From contig OX597823.1 in the NCBI GenBank assembly GCA_951406725.2, forward strand, positions 38,398,001 to 38,460,000: 62,000 nt of DNA, written 5' to 3'. Shown here piece by piece: positions 12,047 to 24,660 of the stretch (its first letter is position 1; the number at the start of each line of letters is the position of its first letter). Under the pieces are notes generated by a model. It had not been told where the DNA came from, ran no database searches, and worked only from the letters and a program-made list of their open reading frames with translations. This stretch comes from Octopus vulgaris. Its lineage: Eukaryota. Position numbers and translations under genes: made by a program.

Positions 12047-15043
12047 TCATGGAGGCTTTCTAGCAACTGCTATTTGGTGCATGAGAGAGTTCGATGCAGC
12101 TGCCCTCATCTGCCCCTCCTGCCGTGAAGTTGGTTCATCTGGGACACCTGACAGGAAGAGATCCAGCTTCATTTTAAAGACATCTGTATCCACCCCATGC
12201 AGGTCTCTCAGGTTCTTCGGGAGGATATTGAAGAGCTGTGGGCCTCGGAAGCCCAGGCTATCACAGAATCTTGTCCTACATCTTGATGGCAGGTTTGGAG
12301 TCCTAGGCACCACGCAGTGGCGCCCAGTTCTGGCATTTGCGTAACTCTCGATGCCAAAGTTCAGGACACTTCCCTCCAGGATCTTCCAGATGTATATTAT
12401 GGCATATCTTTCCCGCCTACGCTCCAGGGAATATAATTTTAATCTCTTGAGTCTTTCCCAGTAGCTTACATTCTGCATAGAGGCTATCTTCTTTGTGTAG
12501 CTTCGTTGGATCGCCTCAAGTTCTGTGATCAACTTGACACTGGATGGTGACCATAGCTGAGAGCAATAGTCAAAGTGGCTTAGGACAAGTGTCTTCCAGA
12601 GGACCATCATGGTTTCTTGTTCTCTTGTTCTAAAGGTTCTAAGAATCCATCCAGCCAGCCGTCTACATTTCATTGTCAGTTTAGCAACATGTACATGAAA
12701 GGTCGCGTCATCACTCATGTGAATACCCAGGTCACGCACTGATTGTGCCTCTGGGATTGCAATCCCTCCGGGTCCAGTGTATTCATTGGGTATTGCATTC
12801 AGTTTTGCATGCTGATAGTATAAAGCTTGAAACTTTCCAGCATTGAACTGCATGCTATTCTTTTCAGCCCACTTGTATATTTCGTCCAGCTCACATTGCA
12901 GGTGTTTAGTGTCCTCAGGGTTCTGTATTGCCTGTGAAACTTTTGTATCATCTGCATAACTTGTGATCGTGGCTCTCTGCGTGGCTGAGGGCATGTCTGA
13001 GAGGGCCATTATGAACAGTAGTGGTCCCAGAACAGTGCCCTGCGGAACACCGCTCACTATTTGTGTGTTAATGGAGGTGGCCCCATTGGCTACTACCACC
13101 TGACTTCTATCCTTCAGAAAGTCATGAAGCCATTCTCCCAGTTTTCCAACTATGTTGAGATCACGCAGTTTGTGACATATCATTCCATGATCGACTTTAT
13201 CAAAGGCCTTTGCAAAGTCGAGATATATCACTTCCACATTTGAGTGGTTGAGCAGCCGTTTCAGCACCCAGTCATAGTGTTGTAGGAGCTGAGTTAAACA
13301 GCTTCTCCCTGGTCGGAAACCATGTTGGGTGTCGGGCAGCAAGTCATTCTCTTCAAGGAAGGTGATCAGCTTCCTTCTGACTATTCGTTCCATGACCTTG
13401 CTGATGTGTGAGGTCAGAGAGATAGGTCTATAGTTCTTGGCTTCCGCTCTGCTACCTCCTTTATGAATGGGGCATATTTTACCTTCCTTCAGTTTTCCTG
13501 GAAGTTTGCCAGCTGCAAGGAAGCTCTGAAAGAGGAACTGCAGTGGTCTTGCTAGGACTCTCTTACATGCTTTTAGGAGGATTGCCGGGAATCCATCGGG
13601 GCCAGTAGCTGAGTCTGTTTTCATTTCATCTATAGCCTTGGTTACATCGTCTTCCTTTATATCGATGTAATCTATCGTCGCCGCCTCTGATTTTATATCT
13701 GCAGTGGTAAAAAAGTCAGTTGGATTGGTGATTTGGAGATGCCCAAGGGGTGGAGTGAAAACACTCTTGAATTGCTCATTCAGTATTTCACTTACCCTCA
13801 TTGGTTTTCCTGTAAGTGTGCCATCCTTTTCGAGGAGTGGCCCTATTCTACAGTGCACTGTAGCTGTTTCTTTGGCATACCTGTAGAAAGCTCTGGGGTT
13901 AGATTTTATGTTTTCTATAGCCCAGGCTTCTTTGTCTGCTCTTTCTTTTTCATGGGAGAGTTGCAGACATTTTTCGATTTCCAACAGTTTTATTTTTAGG
14001 CGGGACTTTTCACTGCTTTCAATCTGTTTGTTTAGGCGATTTGAAAATTTCGTACGCCGTCTCATTAAAATTTTCCTCTCTCTGGGGATTTTGTTCTTGT
14101 GTACAGTGGCCTTTCTCTCTGGGACACATTTGTAGCATATGGCTTGCATTACAGACATGAATTGTTGAAGTTTCACGTCGATGTCTGGCGAGGAGAGACA
14201 TTTAGGCCAGTTTTGTTTGAGGATCTCTTTCTCAATTTGTTTCCAGTTTGCCTTATGGTAGTTCAAGCTGGAAAGATTTTGAGGGTTTCTTGTAGGCTGC
14301 ATGTCCGTGCTCTCTTTTGGCCCGTACATGGTCAGCTCTATCATGTTGTGATCCGAGAGTAGTGTCGGTGTCACTTTCACATTATGGATGAGATCCATGT
14401 CATTTGTGAAGCAGAGATCCAGTGTGTTACCTGCCCTGGTTGGTTGGAGTATTACCTGCTCCATGTACAGGGTGTTGATGAGGTTCAGGAGGGACCTCGC
14501 CTGTCCTCGTTCACATCTTGTCATTCCTGGGAGAGAAAGGCCCTCGGGCCATCTGACATTGGGCAGATTGAAGTCTCCCATAAGAAGCACACCTATGTGT
14601 TGTTCTAATGTGGTTAGAATTTCTTCTATTTTTATAAGGCAGTCTTCAAACTTGCCCACATGGCTTGGGGCATCTGGAGGGCGATATGTAGCACACACAA
14701 CTACATCAAGTTGCCTAATATGTACAATTAGTGTGTCACACACCGAGTTTGAGTATGACAAGAGGACCTGGGGTGTGAGGTCCTCACGGATGTACATAGC
14801 AACACCTCCATGACTCCTTTCTTTCCTGTCGGTCCGTAGTACAGCATACTGTGGTATGTGTAACTCCGCATCTGCTATGTCCGGTTTCAGGTGCGTTTCT
14901 GTAAGTGCTATGCATAAGGCTTGATTGCATGCAACAAAGTCTCTCAGGAACGGGATCTTTGTCCTGTTACTGAGTGTTTGCAGTCCTCTGATGTTCAGTA
15001 GGAGTATCGAGGTGAGGTGTACGTTGTTGCCGGCGGTGTCCAT
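12047..15043 (-). CDS. LINE ORF2: AP endonuclease plus reverse transcriptase (998 aa from MDTAGNN; frame open from ~15166)
   Basis: EN motifs LNIRGL, TETHL, YRPP, GDFN, LDL, SDH. RT motifs [45 protein letters not shown]. The C-terminal LERRRERY and GPQLFNILP motifs are CR1-type. No stops or frameshifts. Confidence 0.97.
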   Translation of the reverse strand: MDTAGNNVHLTSILLLNIRGLQTLSNRTKIPFLRDFVACNQALCIALTETHLKPDIADAELHIPQYAVLRTDRKERSHGGVAMYIREDLTPQVLLSYSNSVCDTLIVHIRQLDVVVCATYRPPDAPSHVGKFEDCLIKIEEILTTLEQHIGVLLMGDFNLPNVRWPEGLSLPGMTRCERGQARSLLNLINTLYMEQVILQPTRAGNTLDLCFTNDMDLIHNVKVTPTLLSDHNMIELTMYGPKESTDMQPTRNPQNLSSLNYHKANWKQIEKEILKQNWPKCLSSPDIDVKLQQFMSVMQAICYKCVPERKATVHKNKIPRERKILMRRRTKFSNRLNKQIESSEKSRLKIKLLEIEKCLQLSHEKERADKEAWAIENIKSNPRAFYRYAKETATVHCRIGPLLEKDGTLTGKPMRVSEILNEQFKSVFTPPLGHLQITNPTDFFTTADIKSEAATIDYIDIKEDDVTKAIDEMKTDSATGPDGFPAILLKACKRVLARPLQFLFQSFLAAGKLPGKLKEGKICPIHKGGSRAEAKNYRPISLTSHISKVMERIVRRKLITFLEENDLLPDTQHGFRPGRSCLTQLLQHYDWVLKRLLNHSNVEVIYLDFAKAFDKVDHGMICHKLRDLNIVGKLGEWLHDFLKDRSQVVVANGATSINTQIVSGVPQGTVLGPLLFIMALSDMPSATQRATITSYADDTKVSQAIQNPEDTKHLQCELDEIYKWAEKNSMQFNAGKFQALYYQHAKLNAIPNEYTGPGGIAIPEAQSVRDLGIHMSDDATFHVHVAKLTMKCRRLAGWILRTFRTREQETMMVLWKTLVLSHFDYCSQLWSPSSVKLITELEAIQRSYTKKIASMQNVSYWERLKRLKLYSLERRRERYAIIYIWKILEGSVLNFGIESYANARTGRHCVVPRTPNLPSRCRTRFCDSLGFRGPQLFNILPKNLRDLHGVDTDVFKMKLDLFLSGVPDEPTSRQEGQMRAAASNSLMHQIAVARKPP

Positions 15044-15906
15044 CCTGTGTCTGTTTGCTGTGGTGGTCTGGTATATAGTGGGTAGTCCCACCTGCGGGCT
15101 TGGGTTTGATGAAGCCAGGTCAGCTGCTGTACAATCTTTTGTGCCATGCACAAAAAAGATTGTTGCTCAGCAGCTGCTCTTTCGACAACATCATGTTGGC
15201 TGTTTGTGGCGCGCACAACATCTGCGTACCTCCGCTTTGGGGCAGGTGGTGCGTGGTCCATCCCTTTTCTTTGTGTTGATGGTTTGTCCATCTGCCTCGT
15301 GTCTCTGTGGCAGGGTCCCCGATGTGCAAAGCGGCAGCCTGCACCTTCCTTTCCATGCCAGCAGGAACCTCTCAGGTAGAACATACACACCCGTGTGCGC
15401 TGTTTGGTTCCATCCTTTGCGGTTCCACTTCTATTTCTGGTTGTTTCACTCTTTGGTCCTGCTTGAGCTTTTTCTTTTCCTTTAGCTCTTCCAGTCCTTC
15501 TTTTAGTTCTTCTTCCTCCCTCTACCTCTTCACCGGGTTCTCCGTCTCCATGGCCCTTGCTGCCGGTTGGAGAACTTGCACCTGGGTTCACTTCCCGGGC
15601 AGGTTTCTCATTCAAAACCTCCTCCCGGGCGTCCACCAGGTGGGGGTGACTTCTTTCATCGTCTCCATTCTTGCCATCTTTGCCCCGCTCGTTCTCAAAG
15701 ATGGCATCAAGTGCGCCAATGTGCGACCGTACAAGCGCATATGAGCGCACGAATTCCTGTCTCTTTCGCTCCATCTGAGCCGCTGTCCTCTTGTAGCCTC
15801 TGCTCTTCAGCGCAGCCGCAATCACCTCGCTAGGGCTATCTCCGCCGGCGCACTCCCATGCTCGTACGAATAAATCCAGCTCGTCACGTCTCCATGCTCT
15901 GGACAT
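14995..15906 (-). CDS. LINE ORF1 (303 aa) with N-terminal Myb/SANT-like (trihelix) motif and a CCCH zinc finger
   Basis: Lies directly upstream of ORF2 and overlaps it. AWRRDELDLFVRAW...IAAALKSRGYKRTAAQMERK...Y fits the Myb_DNA-bind_4-like pattern. CMFYLRGSCWHGKEGAGCRFAH is C-x7-C-x8-C-x3-H (15322-15387). Confidence 0.85.
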   Translation of the reverse strand: MSRAWRRDELDLFVRAWECAGGDSPSEVIAAALKSRGYKRTAAQMERKRQEFVRSYALVRSHIGALDAIFENERGKDGKNGDDERSHPHLVDAREEVLNEKPAREVNPGASSPTGSKGHGDGEPGEEVEGGRRTKRRTGRAKGKEKAQAGPKSETTRNRSGTAKDGTKQRTRVCMFYLRGSCWHGKEGAGCRFAHRGPCHRDTRQMDKPSTQRKGMDHAPPAPKRRYADVVRATNSQHDVVERAAAEQQSFLCMAQKIVQQLTWLHQTQARRWDYPLYTRPPQQTDTGWTPPATTYTSPRYSY

Positions 15907-15962
15907 GCTGGATAATCCGTCTATCCGTTTATCTATCTAATTATGTTCGAGAGAAGACAGGA

Positions 15963-17252
15963 AGATATTAAGGCTAATTAGAAGATAGAGTACTTGAAAA
16001 AGAAATATTAACAATATTAAAGTTTGTGTAAAAACGTTATTTGGGTAAAAACGTTATTTAATCTTAAGGCTAATTAGGGGATAGAGTATCTGAAAATGTA
16101 TTAGCAATATTAATATTATATTAGAGTGTGGATAAAAACGTTGTTTAATCTTAAGGCTAATTAGGAGATAGAGTATCTGAAAATATATTAGCAATATTAA
16201 TATTATATTAGAGTGTGGGTAAAAAAAACGTTATTTAATCTTAAGGCTAATTTGGAGATAGAGTATCTGAAAATATATTAGCAATATTAATATTATATTA
16301 GAGTGTGGGTAATATTAAACGTTATTTAATTTAATCTTAAGGCTAATTAGAAGACAGAGTATCTGAAAAATTATATATACAATATTAAGCAATATTAACC
16401 GTTATTTAATTTAATCTTAAGGCTAATTAGACGTTATTAATATTAAACGTTATTTAATTTAATCTTAAGGCTAATTAGAAGATAGAGTATCTGAAAATAT
16501 ATTAGCAATATTAATATTATATTAGAGTGTGGATAAAAACGTTATTTAATCTTAAGGCTAATCAGGAGATAGAGTATCTGAAAATATATTAGCAATGTTA
16601 ATATTATATTAGAGTGTGGGTAATATTAAACGTTATTTAATTTAATCTTAAGGCTAATTAGAAGATAGAGTATCTGAAGAATTATTAACAATATTAAAAC
16701 AATATTAAACGTTATTTAATTTAATCTTAAGGCTAATTAACAATAATTATTAACAATATTAAACAATATTAAACGTTATTTAATTTAATCCTAAGGCTAA
16801 TTAACAATAATTATTAACAATATTAAACAATATTAAACGTTATTTAATTTAATCTTAAGGCTAATTAACAGTAATTATTAACAATATTAAACAATATTAA
16901 ACGTTATTTAATTTAATCCTAAGGCTAATTAACAATAATTATTAACAATATTAAACGTTATTTAATTTAATCCTAAGGCTAATTAGACGTTATTAATATT
17001 AAACGTTATTTAATTTAATCTTAGGGCTAATTAGAAGATAGAGTATCTGAAAAATTATTAACAATATTAAAACAATATTAAACGTTATTTAATTTAATCT
17101 TAAGGCTAATTAACAATAATTATTAACAATATTAAACAATATTAAACGTTATTTAATTTAATCCTAAGGCTAATTTGACGGTATCAATATTAAACGTTAT
17201 TTAATTTAATCTTAAGGCTAATTAGAAGATAGAGTATCTGGAAAATTATTAT
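15963..17252. repeat. AT-rich minisatellite array in the putative LINE 5' UTR
   Basis: About 17 copies of the core AAACGTTATTTAA(TTTAA)TCTTAAGGCTAATTA, in unit variants of ~87, ~64 and ~48 bp. Confidence 0.92.
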
Positions 17253-17696
17253 ATCGAGAACAGATATTGAAAATGTAAACAAACAAAATGACGATCGCAA
17301 CTTTAACTAAGATGTGGGCCTAAGTGAAAGATAAAATAGAATAATAAATAAAATATGAAATAGATGAAATTGATACTTAATCCAACAATGTGGTCTGGAT
17401 TATTTTTTTTTTTGGTTTACGGGATTTTTTTCAGGAGAGATGCTTCTTTTTCTTTCTTGCAGGAGATAACTTGATTCAGTTATTTTTGCACCATGTGCGT
17501 TTCGGCGAAAATGAAAATTACTGTGTATATGTATATATTTATATATATATTTTTAAAAATATTTTTAACCAAAGTGTTGTAGTGATCTCTATGACTTAGA
17601 GTTTTACGTTTTGCAACTACAGTGGGTTATTTCGCCGTTCTATGCAAACTTTTTCACAGAGCAAAGGCAATCACGTCTTTCTCTGCTGAAAACGGA

Positions 17697-18300
<604 letters not shown>

Positions 18301-18396
18301 ATAAAATATTATTAGAGACAAAACCACTATTTTGCAAAACAAACAAGGAAAGACTTAATCAATACATAAAATTTTAATAAATAGTCAAAAAAACCG

Positions 18397-18439
18397 CCAC
18401 TACAATCGTTTCTTGTCTTGATCGACAATCTTCAGGTGG
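18397..18439 (-). ncRNA. type I hammerhead ribozyme motif (left arm)
   Basis: Minus strand: CCAC-CUGAAGA-UUGUC(GAUCAA)GACAA-GAA-AC(GAUU)GU-A-GUGG. All core nucleotides are present and the predicted cleavage triplet is GUA. Confidence 0.75.
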
Positions 18440-19031
18440 ACTTCAATCTAAAATATCAATATTTTAAAATATACAAATAATAATTTTAAAATAATTAAAG
18501 TATGAATGAAAAAATATAAATATATAATCCATATATAACCTATATATAATCCATATATAATCAATATATAAACAATATATAAACTAAAATAAACCTATCA
18601 ACAATTAAATATAAAATATAAAATATATAATATAAAACAAAACAAAAAAATAATAATAATAATATAATAATAAACTATATATACACCCATACACATATAC
18701 CTAATTATATATAACCATATCTAACTACATACACTAAACCACACACCTATATATATATCCCTATACATACACATAAAAACGTCTAGGCAACTATAAATAA
18801 ATAAAATAGCTAAATACTTCAACACAATACTTATTCATACTCCCACACACACACACATACAACCCACATTCACGCTCTAGAAAACGGACATCACTCAAAA
18901 TTATGAACGGAGAAATAGAATAAATGGAATTAAAAATTATATTCACTTGGTAAAACGAACACTACTTAAAAATTATGAATGAAACAATGCAATAAAACAA
19001 CAGACATCGCAAATATACACAAATTACTACG

Positions 19032-22000
19032 AATTCCTTAACAAACCTACCATGATAAACCAAAACTCACAAAAACATATAATGATAAAATCTCCCTTTA
19101 CTAATCTATAACATACCTATATAGCAATCCCCCTAACCTAAACATTCACACACAAATACACACACGTAAACCACACACCCACGACATATACAAATACCCA
19201 CACCACTTACACATACCAATACATACATATAAACCTCAACATATACTCCAAAAACCCACTCAACCCCACACAGACAAATAAACACAAAAATTATGAATGG
19301 ATTCTTTTATAAAACTACCATGATAAGCTAAAACTCACAAAACAGAAATGATAAAACCTCCCTTTACTAAACACTATAACATACTTATATAGCAATCCCT
19401 TTAACCTATACATTCACACACAAAAACACACAAGTAAACCACACACCCATAACAAATACAAACACCCACCCCACTCACACACACCCACAAGTACATATAA
19501 ACCTCAACATATACACGAACAAAATTACTTTACCAAGGAACTTAACATATGTATAAAAAGTATAACCGCTCCGGAAACGAACATCTCTAAATTAATGAAT
19601 GGAGAAATGGAATAAATGGAATTAAAAATAATATTCACGTGGCAAAACGAACACCACTCAAAAATTATGAATGAAACAATGCAATAAAACAACCAACATC
19701 GAAAATAGACAAATTACCACGAATTCCCTAAAAAAACCATGATAAACCAAAACTCTTAAAAACATATAACGATAAAATCTCCCTTTGCTAAACTCTATAA
19801 CAAACCTATATAGCAATCCCCCTAACCTAAACATTCACACACAAATACACACACGTAAACCACAGACCCACGACATATACACATACCTATACTAACTTAT
19901 AAACCTCAATATACACCAAAATCCACTCCCTCCACACACAGACAAATTAACACATACATCCCAAAACCTAAATAACAAACCCATATACACATTCACACAC
20001 AAACACACACACAGGCAAAACACACACACACAACAGATACATATACTCCCTCACATATACGCATATACATACTCACTAAACTCGATATATACAACAATAT
20101 TTACACACCCACACTCATACAGATAAATAAATTATACAACTAAAAACTCACATACAATCTCATATACATAAACACTCCTATGAAAACAACATTAAATACA
20201 TCGTAATTAACCAGAATATCAAAAATAACAATATGACATAAGGATAAATAAAATACATACTTACAAGTCAGTTTCAAATTATAAAGTGAAATTAAATTCT
20301 TAGCCGTTAAAAAAATCAAACCAAAATTACGTTACCATAGAAATAACTTATGTAAAAAAAGAATACGCGTCATGGAAAGTAAACGTCATTTAAAATTATG
20401 AATGGAGAAAAAGAATAAATGGAACTAAAAACTATATCCACGTGGCAAACCAACACTACTTAAAAAAATTTATTATGAATGGATTCTTTAAAAAACTACC
20501 ATGAAAAATCATTATATACATTTATGAGCTTTAGCTCACCTTAGCAGCTCTAACAAACAACTTGCAGCAACCCAAACCTATTCTCGATGCCTACCTCACT
20601 ACTACACTATTCCACTCACAATTCCAAGCAACGCTAGTCCACCACCCGGTTACAATTCCCAACTCCACCCATTCATTCACAATTTCAACGACGTTCGCCT
20701 CCACAGCGCTACATATAAGCCTCAACATATACACCGGAGATTCACATCCGTGCGAATGGGTGAGATTAATTCCTTAACAAACCTACCAAGATAAACCAAA
20801 ACTCACAAAACATATAATGATAAAATCTCCCTTTACTAAACTCTATAACATACCTATATAGCAATCCCCCTAACCTAAACATTCACACACAAATACACAC
20901 ACGTAAACCACACACCCACGACATATAGATACCCACACCACTTACACATACCAATACATACATATAAACCTCAACATATACTCCAAAACCCACTCAACCC
21001 CACACATACAAATAAACACAAAAATTATGAATGGATTCTTTTATAAAACTACCATGATAAGCTAAAACTCACAAAACAGAAATAATAAAACCTCCCTTTA
21101 CTAAACACTATAACATACTTATATAGCAATCCCTTTAACCTATACATTCACACACAAAAAAACACACGTAAACCACACACCCATAACAAATACAAACACC
21201 CACCCCACTCACACACACCCACAAGTACAAATAAGCCTCAACATATACACCAAACAAAATTACTTTACCAAGGAACTTAACATATGTATAAAAAATATAA
21301 CCGCTCTGGAAACGAACATCTCTAAATTAATGAATGGAGAAATGGAATAAATGGAATTAAAAATAATATTCACGTGGCAAAACGAACACCACTCAAAAAT
21401 TATGAATGAAACAATGTAATAAAACAACCAACATCGAAAATAGACAAATTACCACGAATTCCCTAAAAAAACCATGATAAACCAAATCTCTTAAAACCTA
21501 CAACGATAAATCTCCCTTTGCTAAACTCTATAACAAACCTATATAGCAATCCCCCTAACCTAAACATTCACACACAAATACACACACTTAAACCACAGAC
21601 CCACGACATATACACATACCTATACTAACTTATAAACCTCAATATACACCAAAACCCACTCCCTCCACACACAGACAAATTAACACATACATCCCAAAAC
21701 CTAAATAACAAACCCATATACACATTCACACACAAACACACACACACGCAAAACACACACACACAACAGATACATATACTCCCTCACATATACGCATATA
21801 CATACTCACTAAACTCGATATATACAACAATATTTACACACCCACACTCATACAGATAAATAAATTATACAACTAAAAACTCACACACAATCTCATATAC
21901 ATAAACACTCCTATGAAAACAACATTAAATACATCGTAATTAACCGGAATATCAAAAATAACAATATGACATAAGGATAAATAAAAAACATACTTACAAG

Positions 22001-22356
22001 TCAGTTTCAAATTATGAAGTGAAATTAAATTCTTAGCCGTTAAAAGAATCAAACCAAAATTACGTTACCATAGAAATAACTTATGTAAAAAAAGAATACG
22101 CGCCATGGAAAGTAAACGTCATTTAAAATTATGAATGGAGAAAAGGAATAAATGGAACTAAAAACTATATCCACGTGGCAAACCAACACTACTTAAAAAA
22201 ATTTATTATGAATGGATTCTTTAAAAAAACTACCATGAAAAATCATTATATACATTTATGAGCTTTAGCTCACCTTAGCAGCTCTAACAAACAACTTGCA
22301 GCAACCCAACCCATTCTCGATGCCTACCTCACTACTACACTATTCCACTCACAATT
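19032..22356. repeat. direct tandem duplication of ~1.59 kb (19032-20623 and 20768-22356) with older internal sub-repeats
   Basis: Both copies start AATTCCTTAACAAACCTACC and end TATTCCACTCACAATT. The sub-unit CATGATAA.CCAAAACTC...ATAGCAATCCC occurs six times. Confidence 0.92.
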
Positions 22357-22815
22357 TTGAGTGATGTCCGTTTTCTAGAGCGTGAATGTGGGTTGTATGT
22401 GTGTGTGTGTGGGAGTATGAATAAGTATTGTGTTGAAGTATTTAGCTATTTTATTTATTTATAGTTGCCTAGACGTTTTTATGTGTATGTATAGGGATAT
22501 ATATATAGGTGTGTGGTTTAGTGTATGTAGTTAGATATGGTTATATATAATTAGGTATATGTGTATGGGTGTATATATAGTTTATTATTATATTATTATT
22601 ATTATTTTTTTGTTTTGTTTTATATTTTATATTTTATATTTTATATTTAATTGTTGATAGGTTTATTTTAGTTTATATATTGTTTATATATTGATTATAT
22701 ATGGATTATATATAGGTTATATATGGATTATATATTTATATTTTTTCATTCATACTTTAATTATTTTAAAATTATTATTTGTATATTTTAAAATATTGAT
22801 ATTTTAGATTGAAGT

Positions 22816-22858
22816 CCACCTGAAGATTGTCGATCAAGACAAGAAACGATTGTAGTGG
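22816..22858 (+). ncRNA. type I hammerhead ribozyme motif (right arm)
   Basis: CCAC CTGAAGA TTGTC GATCAA GACAA GAA AC GATT GT A GTGG; predicted cleavage after 22854. Confidence 0.75.
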
Positions 22859-23033
22859 CGGTTTTTTTGACTATTTATTAAAATTTTATGTATTGATTAA
22901 GTCTTTCCTTGTTTGTTTTGCAAAATAGTGGTTTTGTCTCTAATAATATTTTATAATATTTTACTATAAAATTGGATTTAATCCTAAATCTGATTTTTTT
23001 CCCTGTAAATTTGGATTTATTCCCTAATATTTA

Positions 23034-23624
<591 letters not shown>

Positions 23625-23885
23625 TACTTTGATACTTTGATAGGTTTCGGCCATTATTGGCCCAGGCCATGTCTAACTTAATAGCACCACCTGGTGAAGT
23701 CTTTCAAATCAGAATTTGGGCACTATGGCCCACTCAAGTAGAGAGTTATTGTTTACAGAGACATATCCGGGTGTAGGGGGTTTATCCGGGATTTCTTGAA
23801 GGAATCTGTCCAAAGACTTCTTGAACCCTATAGGGTCAGTTTCTGTTTTAATGTGTTTTGGTGTAATGTTAAAGAGAGCGGGGGA
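23625..23885 (-). mobile_element. 5'-truncated 3' fragment of a second CR1-group LINE family
   Basis: Minus strand encodes [51 protein letters not shown], homologous to the ORF2 C-terminus ([11 protein letters not shown]...[16 protein letters not shown]...SNSL). It is followed by a 3' UTR and an (ATCAAAGT)2 tail, with (TA)n on both sides. Confidence 0.85.

Positions 23886-24660
<775 letters not shown>

Noticed and set aside
12047-15151. ORF2 start at 15151 as given in the ORF track
   Set aside because: That codon is GTG. The first ATG (15043) sits just before the EN N-terminal motif and is the more plausible start.
11973-15833. Plus-strand ORFs overlapping the LINE (and their twins at 51102-53940)
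   Set aside because: Antisense shadows of the GC-richer coding region with no recognisable domains.
15963-17252. Satellite units as tandem hammerheads (CTGAAGA...AAACGTT at ~16674-16713)
   Set aside because: Most units have CTGAAAA, the G of GAAA is missing (TAAAC), and no stem I can form.
18900-22350. Mitochondrial control-region NUMT, suggested by the A+C skew
   Set aside because: No mitochondrial tRNA, rRNA or protein remnants were recognised, and the hammerhead-bearing inverted arms fit a retroelement better. Not formally excluded without BLAST.
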